From positions 99,057,830 through 99,121,829 of the forward strand of contig NC_068987.1 in NCBI RefSeq assembly GCF_001194135.2: a stretch of DNA of 64,000 nucleotides, in the 5' to 3' direction. The translations under genes were made by a program, and so were the position numbers. Source of the DNA: Octopus bimaculoides (lineage: Eukaryota). This document shows, one piece after another, positions 1 to 13,729 of this stretch; the stretch's first letter is position 1, and the number at the start of each line of letters is the position of its first letter. Below the pieces are notes generated by a model. The model worked only from the letters and a program-made list of their open reading frames with translations. It had not been told where the DNA came from and ran no database searches.

Positions 1-439
1 TGTATGTTTTGAGTCGCAAACTGGATTTATAGAATTCTCAGCATATGCATGCTTTTGTTCGCGTCACTCTTCTGGCTTACAGCTCCATATGCTAATACAT
101 ACTTGTTTTTCTTATGAACCTCGACGTTTGTGGAAGGAGCACTTCATATGTGTTCTCTATTTTCTTTCTTGTTATATTTCCGAACGGCGGTGAGGTTCAA
201 CTCATTCAATCAGTTGTTATTTTCCTCAATAAAGATAGGGTCCATCTCTGGGTATATGGGATCTGTGTCATAAAATATTCAGTCCTTCTCAACGTATTGC
301 GACTCTTCTTCAGATGTGGTGTATCCATACTCGAATTTAAACAAATTCGGCTAAATAATTTTTATTTTGTATTTTTAGACGGCTTTTATTTCATTCTTCT
401 GATTGATTCTGATGGCCTTAGATCTCGATCTGGTCTTCA

Positions 440-2150
440 TCTTCTTAACTTGATGAGGTAGTACTGTTACAGAGGATTGGGGTGTACACTGTGATTTAAT
501 CCCCACTCCGGAGGCAATAGTTTTGGGGATTTTTTTCAATATTTCAGAGTGGGCGTCCACAAGATGCCTATAGATGGATGTCGTAAATTGGTGCGGTAAC
601 AACCATCGTAAGAATCCTGCTATCTTATATCTCTATTTCGTTACCTGAAATAGTTTAACATGTGACGAGATTTCTAAGCCGATCCCAGACAATACACATT
701 TAACCACTACATTTAGCACAGGTACAGGATTTAAATACTTTACGTTATCTTCCTTGTTCGGCTCGTATCTCAAAGGAAACACCAAAGCAACTAGCTTGTG
801 AATTCTGAACCCTGTTGACTGAAGAAGTGTCCCCTTCTGCTGCCAAATGCAATAGACGTTTGCCGAGGCCACCAACGTTTGTCATATGGAAGTAATGTTC
901 GTATGCAAGACCACCGATCTCGAGTGCTTGTACCCCCAAAATTCGCGTATTACCTGGGCAGTTATCAGCCTTTCCCAGGACTCCGCATCCCAATAGTGAG
1001 CTGTTGGAATCTGTAGCTATAGGCAGCAAAGTTTACTTTCATCTGAGATACGCCCGAAATAGACGAGAAATGTAGTGGTGCAAAGACGTAGAAAATAACA
1101 TGTTAGTTACTTTTTTGTGATGTAATTATCCAGGACTAACAAACGATCCTCCATGTCTTAGAGCAAGATCTCCACTTTTGTGCTTAGCGTTAAAGAATTG
1201 TTAAATGCTTTATCCCCCCGCCAGCACATCGGTTACAATGCCCTACCTCAACGCCTTTATTGATGCCCAGCGAGATCTTCCTTCGCTCAAGAATGTTTAT
1301 TAATACTTCTTAACTAACCCTTATAATCTTGCTCTAAAAGATATTTTCAATGTTAGCCACCATTAAATTTTGATGATTCCTTCATTGACAAACGCTTAAC
1401 TAAATTGATACTTACGCTTTGTAAGCTTGGTGTGCTCGGAAAGACGCGTTTAACATGAAAATTGTTGCGCATGTAGCTCGACCGTACAAATCGCAAACAG
1501 TTCGCCGGTGTCCACACAGGATTATCCACTCTGTATTCATCTTCCAGTTGGAAACATCTGAGTATATTTATAAGGTTTGTGCAAGCTCTTTTCTGCTAAC
1601 TAGCACGACATAATGCATGCGTTTATCCAAAATGGCATTAAATAACTCACCAGTGCTAAAGAAAGGGATGTTCAAAAGAGTAAATAAATTTTGGCTTCTG
1701 AATAAAAATTAAGTGACAAAACTTAATATGCAGAATTACTTGTCGATCCAAACCCCAATTACAGAGAGGAACTTGACAGTGTAGTTCTGGAAATGGGGGT
1801 AAATAATTTCTTAATAAGGCTGAATCCAGGATGTTACAGTCAGAAAGAAGAACACATGCGTTTTAACTGGCACCGAAATTTCTCTGGCATTTCAAAAGTG
1901 TTACATGAAAGTCACCAGCATATTGCGAAAAAATATACTCGTTTCAAATAAATATATCCTCAGCCGCCCATTGTAGCCTTTAGACGGACTAAAAATATAA
2001 GAGAACTATTAACTTCTACCTCTTACTCCAAAAAAAAAACTAACACTGGAATTTTTGCACGCTGTACCTTGTAAAACAGTCGCAAGAGAGGAAGATCCTG
2101 TTCATTAGTCAAGTCGATTTCACCAGGAATCATAACAGAAATGTTATGAT
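440..2150 (+). mobile_element. Decayed Penelope-like retroelement (RT plus linker toward GIY-YIG)
   Basis: Manual + strand translation across frameshifts and stops gives PLE landmarks in the right order: DLIPTPEA (493-516, cf. GLxFxPTP), GLRIPIVS (978-1001, cf. PGRPIVS), FI*DT (~1038-1052, cf. FIKDT), LLFCDV (~1107-1124, cf. LxTMDV), PPIVAFRRTKNIRELL (1964-~2010, cf. PPxVAYRRPxNLRDxL). Confidence 0.7.
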
Positions 2151-2454
2151 TTTCATGAAGGGTGGGACGTGTAGAGAATCCCTTCTCTTATTTCTTTTCT
2201 TTTCTCTTTTCTCTCTTTTCTCTTTCTTTTCTTTTTTTCAGTGGTAAACTTGAAAATTGAAGACTGATGATGATATCATACCATCAACATGGTAACGCTG
2301 GTTGCCGCGTTCAAACATTGAATTTGAATTTCTATACTTTTGAATTTCCATTTATCACCTTTTATTTTGAACTCGACAAAGACAGGCTAGTTATCGAAAT
2401 ATCGTTCAACCGATAAAACATCTATTTCAGTAGCATCGCGCTCTTCGTATTGCC

Positions 2455-2543
<89 letters not shown>
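2455..2543. repeat. (ATT)n microsatellite
   Basis: Pure TAT/ATT trinucleotide run. Confidence 0.97.
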
Positions 2544-2544
<1 letters not shown>

Positions 2545-5500
2545 ATCAATGAGCTGACAGAATGAAAGATACAGAGATGTCACTTGTCTTATTACTCAGG
2601 GTTTACAGGTAGCCAGTAAAACAATAAACCAGACAGTTTGAGAGTTCTTGGAGTTCAGGAAGTATAATATAATGATAATTCTTCAGAGACGTACATCAAA
2701 ATCGCAATCTGAAAGAACGCGGTCTGGTTGTTCGTTGTTGATGGTGTTGTTATTGAAGATATAATTGATTTTATTGCTTTTGTTTGCAATTATTAATCTA
2801 CATAATGATGATGATGATAATGACGACAATGACAATGGTGACAATGTTGATGATGGTTGATGAGGAGGTGGATGAAGAGGATAAACGTTACGATGATAAT
2901 CATCTATATTTCTGAGCAACGCGTTTTAATATTACTACATTTTAAGCTATTAGTATCCATGTATTACGTCGTTGACTTTGTTCTCGTGATGAATATTTCC
3001 AGGTAGACAAAGACAGGATTATGAACGTCACGAGCAAGAGCGTTTAAATATTTATGAAGAATAAATTGAAAATCTCAAAACGAAACAGCATTTTCGTTGT
3101 ATTTTCTTTTCCTATATGATTGTTTTTGATTTCTTTTTTGCATTTTTATGTATTCATTTATTCGAACCTTCGAAGCGACAAGAGTACTTTTATACATACA
3201 TAATGTTGTACTATAAATTAAAACATCATACCTTATTGACACATTTCGTATTATCTCGTTGATAGTAGTACTAGAAATGTGAAGTCGGAGAAACTCGTAC
3301 ACAAGCTTCTACAGTCACTCTCATTTCAAATCCCGCTGACATTACACTTCATCAATCCACAATTGGCAACAGTTTTTATCAGTCACACATTAATGTCGAA
3401 ATGATTTACGGCATTTTTTCTCCACTAAACTTTTGGCATTATAATTAACTTTGATATTGCTATCATGCCCATACTGAAAAGATTTGAAATCAAGTTCATG
3501 CCCTAAAATATGTGGTACTTATATTTATAGTTTTATGTAAGTATTGCAACATTTATGGCTTATAGAACAGGTAGATAAAAAATGAAAATGTGGTGGAATA
3601 CAAACACTTACCCTAAAACTTAGAATAAAAAGATGTGCACAGTGAATTGAAAGTAGAAACAACAAAGGGAAGGCGAAATAAAATAGAAAAAATAATGGAC
3701 AAAAAAAGAGAAACAGCATGTGGTAAAGCGCATGGTTATCTTTGGACTACACACTGTGGAGTGTCTGCTTGGTGATGTCCCAGCATGACCAACGCTTACG
3801 AGTTGAAAGAAGTAAAAGTTATAAAAATTAATAGATGTATTTAGCAATCCTTAGATACCGAGAATGTACAAATTTCATGTGTAAGTATTTATATTTGCAA
3901 GCATTTTTACAATGCAGATAATGGCCTAGAGTTTCAAATTTACTGTTTTTTACGATGTATACATCTTTTTAGGTTGTGCTTTGAGGTTTGTGTTTTAAGA
4001 ATATATATTTTTTGTTTTAGTTTCTTATAAGTATAAATTGATATGTGACACATTACGCAACAGCTATTCTATGTGAAATGTGCTGCATTCAGTAAGTGCT
4101 ATAAAGGAAAGAATATTTATTTGTGGTCAGAGTAAAAAAAGTATTTGCCAAAACGCATGAGCATTCAACGAAGTGCTGAAATGAAAGTATCATGAACTTT
4201 TCAGTCCAAGTCCAGAAAAACTGGGAACATGATTTTGTGGCACAAAGTTGAGAATTCGTGTAACAGCAGGAAGAACAGTGATGTCTAACAGTTCATGACA
4301 AAGTGCCTTTGCCACCACAAGAAACATACACTACACACATAAAAAGACCCATTATGCTTGGGTGATTCAGCTTTTGCGGAGGTTAGTTTGACCCATCAAG
4401 TTTGGTCTATGCTGTTTTATAAATCACGGAAAATTATTTATCTTTGGTTTCATTTGCCACTGATGTTTCTGTATTGTATATGTTTTCTTTTTGTTTTGTT
4501 AAACAAAGAGAAATTCACAACTGGCTGACCGAATTAACACGCAGTTGAGTTTTCTGACTGCACTTCATAAAAGCGTTGTTCCTCTGCTGAAGATATTTGC
4601 CGGTCATGGAATGTGCAATATTTTCGATAACGATCAGTTCTACGATTTTTAAAAATTGTTTTGTCCTGGTTGATTAGCCCAAACAAGTTGAGAGGAATAA
4701 ATATAGAAAATCATATCAAACAGTCTCTCCAAATACTACTCTAATCGAAACCATTTTCTTAGGGCATCTTCTGTGACAAGTTTAATGAAATATTGCACAA
4801 ACATATCAAGCATTTGGGACAATTACCCCAGAGTTGCGTTTAAACAGACTTTATAATTCTTCATTAAAATTCGTTTTTATATATGCATGCAGAGAAAAAG
4901 ATGATTTACTCTTTCACTTATTTACAAGTAAGTCTGTATAAAATGATTTGTTTAAATTATCTAAAAATATCAGTCAAAACACTAGGAAACAATTGTTAGT
5001 TACATACACTATATAAAGACAGTATATGTTGCTATGCTGGTATTAAATTCCTCATTTTAAAAAGTTTATATTTTCGGAAAGACAGTATGTGGCTTTAAAT
5101 AATATGCAAGGAAAAATATAATTTAATCTTCCATTGTTTCACGTTTACATTTGCTCATACAGCTAAAATATGCAGGTATTATTCTTCATGAATCGGTCTA
5201 TTAATTTTTGTAATATTTCATATATCCTACAACATTAAGAAATTTAACATTCTGATTTATAGAGCATAAACATTGAATGTTTTACGAAGATGAAAAATAC
5301 AATTAAATGTAAAACAATAGATGGAATAAATTATTTTCAATCTGCAATGGTATCATCTGATGTTTTAGCGTGCACAATACCAGAACATATTAGGAATAAG
5401 AGAAAAAATTAGAAAGTGAAACGATGGATGAATAAATTATTTCCAATCTTCCATGGTTTTGAAACTACACATAAGTTTTTCGAAGATATGAATTTCAAAG

Positions 5501-5584
5501 TGGAACTATTAAAAAAAAGATAGCGTTCAAATTATGTACAGTCTCAATATGTGTGTGTGAGAGTGCGCGCAAACACACACACAG

Positions 5585-5643
<59 letters not shown>

Positions 5644-6293
5644 AATATATATGTATATATATATATGCAGAGTATGAAAGACACTAAGAGAGGTGTGGTG
5701 CATGCGTTATTAGTGTGTGTAGGTTATGTAATCCAATTATATTTTCCGGAATATTTGCAAGTTCTCTCTGAAGATAGAATGAGAAAATTAAGACAAAGCA
5801 TATATAAAATTAGAGAAAATAATATAGAAATCGGGATGTCGACTGTGGTGATCCGAAACGTCGAACACATAAATTAAATATTTACTGTCTCTACAGGCTT
5901 GACGCTGCAGTTTCACTATATGTGGGATTCATGTAGTCCTACATACACACATATGCATGCAACTATACATATACACTGCAAAATATATGTATTTTATTTC
6001 TTGCTCCCTTTATTGGAAAAAATTATTGGCCATGCTCAGAGATAACTTTGAAGGGTTTACTGGAAGAGATCGACGCAAGTACGTATTTCTAGGGCTGGCA
6101 TTCATTCTACCTAATTCTTTATGCCACACTGCTAACGTATATGATGGTAAAGAAACTGAAACCAGTTGCCGAAATGCGATAAACGAAACACATTGCTGGG
6201 AGACTAACACAGGCACCACACACACACACACACACATACATGCACACACATATATGTATGTATACACACACACACACACACACACATACACAC

Positions 6294-6359
<66 letters not shown>

Positions 6360-7583
6360 CGTTTTTGCATTTGATTTGCAAGATTCTTTATGTAAATTTG
6401 TGTATTGAAGCAAATTGTATTATGTCTAGGGAGAGTCATTCTCTTTTTAATGCCTTATTTCTTAACACAATCACCGGTTCGATTTCTACCCGTTGATTTA
6501 GTAATAAGTAAATGAGAGGGGATCGGAAGAGACCGATCGTGCAAGTACCAGAATTCAAAACAAATATACTGGAGTCGATTCATTTGACTAACACCCTTCT
6601 AGATGTGGTCCCAGGAATGCCGAAATCAAGCGATTTATAAAAAGACTAAGCAATAAAATATCAAAAATACACAGAATAATGCAGCAAATAACCTCGTATT
6701 TTGCGTATTTTTCTACATTGTATGTAACTTGGATGTTTTGAAGCAATAGATTGTGAATGACCGATCATTTGGTTATTATTTTTAGCTGGTCCAGTGACAA
6801 TATCCCTTTAGCTATCTGCCCGATATACTAATCAAGTCAAACATTAAAGTTGACACGTTAACCTTCAAAACATAGATATTTGACTATTGTATGCAGTATT
6901 GATGAAATAAATAAAATAAATAAATTAAATTTAAAAAAATTCGCGCTATTACAGTTACATAAACAAAATATGTCTCACCCATAACAATGTTAGCACTGAC
7001 TTAGAATAAGAACATTCTGTCTTCGCACTTATGTATGTTCATTCGATCATACTACAAATGAATAATTTCGTTCACAGTGGGTATTCTGTTATTACACGAT
7101 ACGCTCTTTTGATTTTCAAACTGAAAATAGGATGATTTCACGAGAGTTTTATTCATTGTACCGATTGTTCTCCTACACACACACACACACACACACACAC
7201 GACCGCGCGCACACACATATCTGTATATATGCCCATGCCTGGGGTGGTGTATTTATATCAATATCAATATATATNNNNNNNNNNNNNNNNNNNNNNNNNN
7301 NNNNNNNNNNNNNNNNNNNNNNNNNNNNNNNNNNNNNNNNNNNNNNNNNNNNNNNNNNNNNNNNNNNNNNNNNNNNNNNNNNNNNNNNNNNNNNNNNNNN
7401 NNNNNNNNNNNNNNNNNNNNNNNNNNNNNNNNNNNNNNNNNNNNNNNNNNNNNNNNNNNNNNNNNNNNNNNNNNNNNNNNNNNNNNNNNNNNNNNNNNNN
7501 NNNNNNNNNNNNNNNNNNNNNNNNNNNNNNNNNNNNNNNNNNNNNNNNNNNNNNNNNNNNNNNNNNNNNNNNNNNNNNNNNNN

Positions 7584-7633
<50 letters not shown>

Positions 7634-7696
7634 GTGTGTGTATTATTATATATATATATATATATACATACATACAAACACACACAACCGCGCGCG

Positions 7697-7735
<39 letters not shown>

Positions 7736-9044
7736 GTACATACCTACACATATATATACATATATAAGACAAACACACATATACGCACACTTACATAAAT
7801 GCACACTCACACACACATATGAATACACACGCACACCACTGTACATACGCCCACGTTCATACACATACTCCTCTCGCATGATTCATGAAAACAACAGTTT
7901 TCTCATGATCAGAAGCATAAATTTACACATCAAATATTACATACACAATTCAGGGAATATATATCTAAAGTCGACATATAGGAAAATCACATACATTGAC
8001 GCACAATATAGGATAATATTTGCGCATAAACATGAAAGCATAAACGTTAAAATAATTTATATACTCAGAAACTCGCAATTATCAGATGAAATGACAGAAA
8101 TCGACGATTATATACTCACTTCATATGCTATATAATAATACAGTAAATACCACAGATTAGTGTATGATTAATGTGAATTTTAGATATCGAAATCTAACGC
8201 AGCTTTTCATTATGTACTAAATCTTTCGCATTTTTCATCATATTTTATGTACTTTATCTACTTTATACAATGAATACGTTCCGTAATATTATCATTTCAG
8301 TTTGATAGCCTTTTACAATTGAGAATTTACAACATAGTCATATTCATAGCGCTTTATGTACTTCAATTTTTACCCGTGTTTATATTCACGTAAATCATAT
8401 ATTCATGGTCTCTGATTGTTCAATACTCACAATAGCGTTTAGGATTTGAAGCATCACGAGAATTATTATAGATTTATCTTTAAGTTGAATAGGTAGTATC
8501 GATTCCTGTACTATGGTAAATTCTTGGGTATATACTAAAACCTCAACGGTCAGTTTAGACAACAAAACAGGAGAGTTTACTTAAGAGTTCCACCAATTAA
8601 ATATTGCTGTGCTGTGCGAAAATTTTAACCTTCTCAGGTGTAGCGGCAACAGCTACCTACTAATATGTTCTCCGACCTCCTGGGGCTAAGAACATTAAGA
8701 ACTGGTGTCAGTTCCAGACCTATAAAATAACCTGGTCTGGGTTAACCAAAACATGCCTAACATCTACGAACCATATCGAATTTGTCACGTAATTTACTTA
8801 CTTGCTCTCTAGTTTGTAATTTAATGAGATTTGTACCTTTCAAATATAGATAAATACATCAATATATAAATAAATAAATACATAGACACTCGAAAGAAAG
8901 AAAAGGTTGATATCTATTTATTATGAAAGATAAACATTTGGACTGGTAGTTTGACTCATTGGATTACACATACGCAACAAATGGACGTTAATTTATGAAC
9001 ATCATCATATGACATATTTTCGACATAAATATCAAAAAATATAT

Positions 9045-9313
9045 GTTATTCTTTTACTTGTTTCATTCATGTGACTGCGGCAATGCTAGAGCACCGCTTT
9101 TAATCGAACAATCAACCTCAGGACTAATTCTTTGTAAGCCTAGTCCTTATTCTATTGGTTTCTTTTGTCCAACCGCTATGTTACTAAATCCACTCACAAG
9201 GCTTTTGTCGGCCCGAGACTATAGTAGAAGACACTTGCACAAGGTGCTAGGCAATAGAACTAAACCCAGCACCATGTGGTTGGAAAGCAAGCTTCTTATC
9301 ACACAGCCACGCC
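9045..9313 (-). mobile_element. tRNA-headed SINE, family B, internally deleted
   Basis: Minus-strand head has A-box-like TGGCTGTGTG and B-box-like GGTTTAGTTC, then a CCTTG(G/T)GCAAGTGTCTTCTACTATAG core. Homologous to copies at 21237, 37670 and 59822. Confidence 0.8.
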
Positions 9314-9529
9314 TGTTCCTATTTTTCAAAAAAGATATTAGAAAGCATATTATTATTTGGAAGATGTAAGAATATGAGAAAAACATGAAATAAGAAAAAC
9401 AATAAATCTGATATTTGAATATGAGGGAAAAATTAATGTATGTATTACCCCTGATGAATTTTATCGAACAGAATTTCTCTCAGAGCAATTAGGTATTTGT
9501 CACGTAACTTGAGTTGTTGAAATATTTAA

Positions 9530-11000
9530 AAATAAAATGCGGTTGGACGCCGGAGAAGCTCAGTAAAAATAATAGTAAATGTTTTTCAATTATTTGGATC
9601 GTACAAATATATGGACAGAGGCTATATATGGGAATTACCGGGAGAAGTGGTCAATCATTTACCACATTAACTCTTACAGCATGCAATTCAAAACATTGAA
9701 GAGATAACGATACCAAATTGCCATTCGTCCCGCACCAGTATTTATGAATCGTGCTGAAGGTGACCAGTAGCATTACACTGAAATATGACAGAATAACGTT
9801 AAATTCAACTCGGATGAGAAACTTGATGTAAGAAAGGACCGTTAATTGGTCCACATTTTAATAAAGTACCACAATAACCGATGAAGCTGAAGTAATTTGG
9901 CTGCTTTTTCGAACTTAGAAAATTAAAAAGTTCCTTCTGGAGCATCAATTACTATAAAACTGCACTTTTTTGATTGACTCACAAACAATCGTCTGTTCGT
10001 TATTAAGACTGTTTGGGTGATCATTGTAATGTCCTAACGAACACAATTTTTGGAGGACTATAATACTCTTATGAACTTTCATTTTGTATCGACTTGTTAT
10101 CGAGTGTGTACGGTATATCTTTAATGGCCCCTTTTGTTCAATTTTCAAAGGTCATCGCGAAGTAGAAAATCTTCATTAAGATTGTCTCTAAGCACTTTGC
10201 ATAAATTCATAAGCTCATACAGAGAACAGAAACGAAGAATTATATCAAATAGATTTCAAACCTGGTTTGCCAATCGAATAATTACCCTTACACTTATGCT
10301 TATTTGCTATTCTCTGTCACATTCAAAGAAATTTAATATTTGGCATATATGTTCAAATCATTCGCTTGTTACATTATTGACTCTGAAATTACCAAAACTC
10401 ATACCTCCTGTTTCTAGCTGAAGTAATGATCTCAAATTGAAGATTTCAGTTTGCAACAGATGGACAGGGTACATTCTGTAAACGGCTTCTGATATTGTTT
10501 CTGGTTGTATTGTTCTTCTCTCTCTGCTTGTCTTGTTCTATCTCTTTTTTGATGAATGCTAGGTATTATGCTCCGCTATCGAGTATTCCTTACGCCAAGA
10601 TCTTCAGCATTTAAGAAAATAATCTGTGAGTTTACTAGACTGAGCTGTTGAAGAACATTTTCTGCGTTGTTCGGGTAAATAATTACCAGCTGTTTAGTGG
10701 GCGTATGAAACTGAAGCCTAAAAGTGTGTTCAGAATTAGACTTCTAGACCATATGCCTTTTATATTAGTGATGTGAAAAAAGGGTGCTATTATGCTAATA
10801 TGTTAGCTAGCGTAATTTCCGGCTGCTTTATGGATCGCGTATATGTTATTGAGTGTAGATGCTTGCGCTATGGAGTGGTTAACAGTTCGGAAAACTTCGT
10901 CAGAAGCTACCTTTAATTTCCTCGCACACGAATATTATAAATGAACTGTGCTTACATTCTTAATATTATTTTGCCCACGCAAACTCTATTTAATATTAGA
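9530..11000 (-). mobile_element. Helitron Rep/PIF1-helicase pseudogene fragment
   Basis: Minus-strand translation gives Helitron motifs in order: KLTDYFLKC; AVYRMYPVHLLQTEIFNLRSLL (~10486-10420, cf. GRxYxVHPxxxExFYLRLLL); LFDIILRFC...LNEDFL; LNNEQ; IDAPEG (~9950-9931, degenerate Walker A DAPGGTGKT); ILVRDE (9742-9724, cf. LIVWDE); LLPVIP (9647-9630, cf. QTLPVIP). Many stops. Confidence 0.85.
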
Positions 11001-11087
11001 ATTTACAGCATTTATTTGTTTTACGATGTACTGTGCATAAATATATATTCGTTTCAAATTTAGTCACAAGAACAGCAGTTTTTGAGA

Positions 11088-11255
11088 AGGGGATATGTCG
11101 TTTATTTCGACACCAGTGTTCAATTGGTATTTATTTTATCGACCACAAAATGATGAAAGACAAAGTCAAACCTGGCAAAATTTGATCTTAGAACGTATAA
11201 ATTACTGCTAAGCATTTTGCCCGGCGTGCAAACGATCTTGTCAGCACGCCGCCAA
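11088..11255 (-). mobile_element. SINE family A, degenerate copy
   Basis: Reverse complement matches the family A head (GGCGGCG.GCTG.CA...GTTAGCACGCCGGGC.AAATGCTTAGC) and the CTTTCATC...GTCGATAAAATAA.TACC core. Confidence 0.7.
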
Positions 11256-11699
11256 AGAATGTGCTTCAATATATATTGAATATCAGAGGTTTTCAGAGTA
11301 ATTTCAAATGTGATTTTTAAAAAAATACAATGAATTAATATTATCCATATAATAAATGTATTTATGAAAGTACTTTACGTCCTTGATTTAATTTTTTTCA
11401 TTGAGTATACTTAAACCGTTGAAAATAATTTGCGTAGCAAAATGTCATCACAATAAATAAGAATAGAAACATTTATAAAATCTAAGTCACTTGCCTTCCA
11501 TGTTCTGGTCGTGCGCGATTTTGATATACAATTTGCGTATTATTTCATAAATCGTAAATTGGTGTTTAAAAAATAACAGCTTTTTTTGCAAGTTATTAAT
11601 CTAACAAATTGAATTTTGAAATTTGATTATTTTCTTATTATACTATTCTAATAACTCAAATATAATAAATACACATAAACCTATAATAAATACTCGTAT

Positions 11700-11816
<117 letters not shown>

Positions 11817-11825
11817 ATGTATTTA

Positions 11826-12533
11826 CAGGAACCGCCATAAGTAACTATAAATATTTTCTTTTTCTTGTAACTTTGTTGATACTTATTCAATTTTTCTATT
11901 TCATATGTCATTTGAAAGCTGAAATCTTATATTTTTTCCCCATATTTCAGATATACTGTTATATCGATTATGTCCTCCCGATTAACAAAAGAGCTAAAGA
12001 TCGCGGTTTTGAAATGGTTCTGCACACAGTTATCTGGCAGCTCGAATTTGTTCCTTAAGTTCAGCAATATTGCGGGGCTTTGTTGAGTAGACTTTCACTT
12101 TGAGAACGCCCCACAGGAAAAAAGTCGGGTGGGGTCAAATCCGGCGAACGAGAGGCCACTCAAGCGGTCCTCACCTGCCAATCCATCGACAGAGCTGGTT
12201 GGCGTCCAGCCAGTCTCACACAAGCGTAGCATAATGGGCCGGTGCCCCGTACTGCTGAAAGTAGAGACCCTTTGCTCTATCCTGCTGTTGTAATAACGGT
12301 AAAAGCAGCTTTTGTAGCATAGCCAAATAACTTTGTGCAGAACCATTTCAAAACCGCAATATTTTGCTCTTATGTTAATCGGGTGGACATAATTGATATA
12401 ACACTATATCTGAAATAGGGGGAAAAAAATATAAGATTTCAGCTTTCAAATGACATATGAAATAGAAAAATTGAATAAGTATCAACAAAGTTACAAGCAA
12501 AAGAAAATATATAGTTACTTATGGCGGGCCCTG
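11826..12533 (-). mobile_element. Non-autonomous Tc1/mariner-superfamily element (rosa/maT-like) with ~220-bp TIRs
   Basis: TIRs at 11826-~12050 and ~12320-12533 (CAGG(A/G)(A/C)CCGCCATAAGTAACT...), flanked by TA at 11824-5 and 12534-5. The interior (minus) reads FQQYGAPAHYA...RWIGR*GPLEWP-(frameshift)-RSPDLTPPDFF-(frameshift)-LWGVLKVKVY, the C-terminal catalytic region (cf. QQDGAPxH...WPPRSPDLTPLDFFLWG). Confidence 0.9.
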
Positions 12534-13552
12534 TATATAAACTATTCAAAATACTTTCGTTGTATTTCGTACAGTAAGAATTCTGTTTTCCTCATTACTA
12601 TGCCATTTCCTATATTGTTTGAAATATACTCAGCAGCTATTTATAGCAGGTGGAGTAATCAGAAGTGTTCTCTTACATGATAGAATATATGTACTCATTT
12701 TTAGTACTGTTTGTGATGGACGATGAAACCGAGTAAATATTTCAAGATCAATTTGTTCAAGTGAAAATTAAGGATAACCCAACAGAAATTATTGGGAAAC
12801 ATACGCAAACAAACAGCGTTTAATGAGGACAGTCGAAAACTTCTTCGTGTGCTCCCTTGGTTGCAAGAAGTTGATTGATGGACCTCAACTTTTATAGATT
12901 CGTGAAATCTGAAAAGATAATTTATGAACACCTTATATATTTCCGTGGAATATGCTAGTCGAAGCATCATTATAATTAAACAAAGTGGTAAATCATAATA
13001 TGCAATGAATTATTTTGATTTACAAGAGAGAATATCTTAATATTTTTATTTCAAATTTTACATTTGTTTTGTATCTATAAATATTTACCATTCAAACGTT
13101 AGTACTCAGTGTTTTAGTCTCTAGTTTTCATGAAATAGTTTTGCTGCCTAGTTTCAACTGGTGAAAAAGACTGCATGCGATGAATCAATAAAAACAGAGA
13201 CAGCTCTTCCGCTGACTGAAACCGTTGGCAAAAGGGAAACTGCATCTGTAATCTTTGTCTTTTTTGCCTCATTCCTCGAGAGATAAAAATAAAAATCATC
13301 AAAATTTCTAAGCAACTTTTATTTTTAGACTCTGTTATATACATGTATATATAAATTCAATAAATAAATTCACAACATTTTTAATTGCATTTCCATAGAC
13401 TGAGAATTAGTGTAGCTTGTTATAGTGCCGTACAGAATGTCATGAAATACTTGTTCCGAAATTGCTAAATCATTAAGTTTGTTTTCTTGAAATTGAGACC
13501 GTAGGAAATTACAAGAATAGCTACAACGTGGTGGTTGGTGGAAACGAAAATA

Positions 13553-13729
13553 CTACTGGCATATAAATATATGCCTGGTGGTAATTGTTCTGTCTCACTG
13601 TATTAAAAGTCCAGCTCACGCAATGACCAATTTCGGCGTAAGACCGGGCGACGAATTGAAATTAAAAACTTGATCTGAACGTGTGATGGACGGACGGTGG
13701 GACAGAAAACACGGCTCTTACAATATAGA
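13553..13729 (-). mobile_element. Candidate 177-bp non-autonomous Helitron
   Basis: Minus strand starts A|TCTATATTG followed by CTGTCC/CCGTCCGTCC repeats. It ends with a perfect 8-bp hairpin GGCATATA-TT-TATATGCC (13575-13558) then AGTAG|T, i.e. inserted between A and T with no TSD. Confidence 0.5.

Noticed and set aside
114-461. 115-aa ORF and opposite-strand ORFs at 375-1029
   Set aside because: No recognisable domain. The 375-1029 ORFs are antisense shadows of the PLE remnant.
2264-2410. CTGATGA at 2264 and a CGAAATATCGTT string near 2395 at the end of the first PLE
   Set aside because: The position suits a pseudo-LTR ribozyme, but neither has both core halves or a closing stem I. Too decayed to call.
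7132-7798. Long ORFs such as 7132-7767, 14635-15520, 40263-41002, 50575-51464 and 61813-62482
   Set aside because: They are open only because of N gaps and CA/TA dinucleotide runs (HTHT, CVCV, IYIY); not genes.
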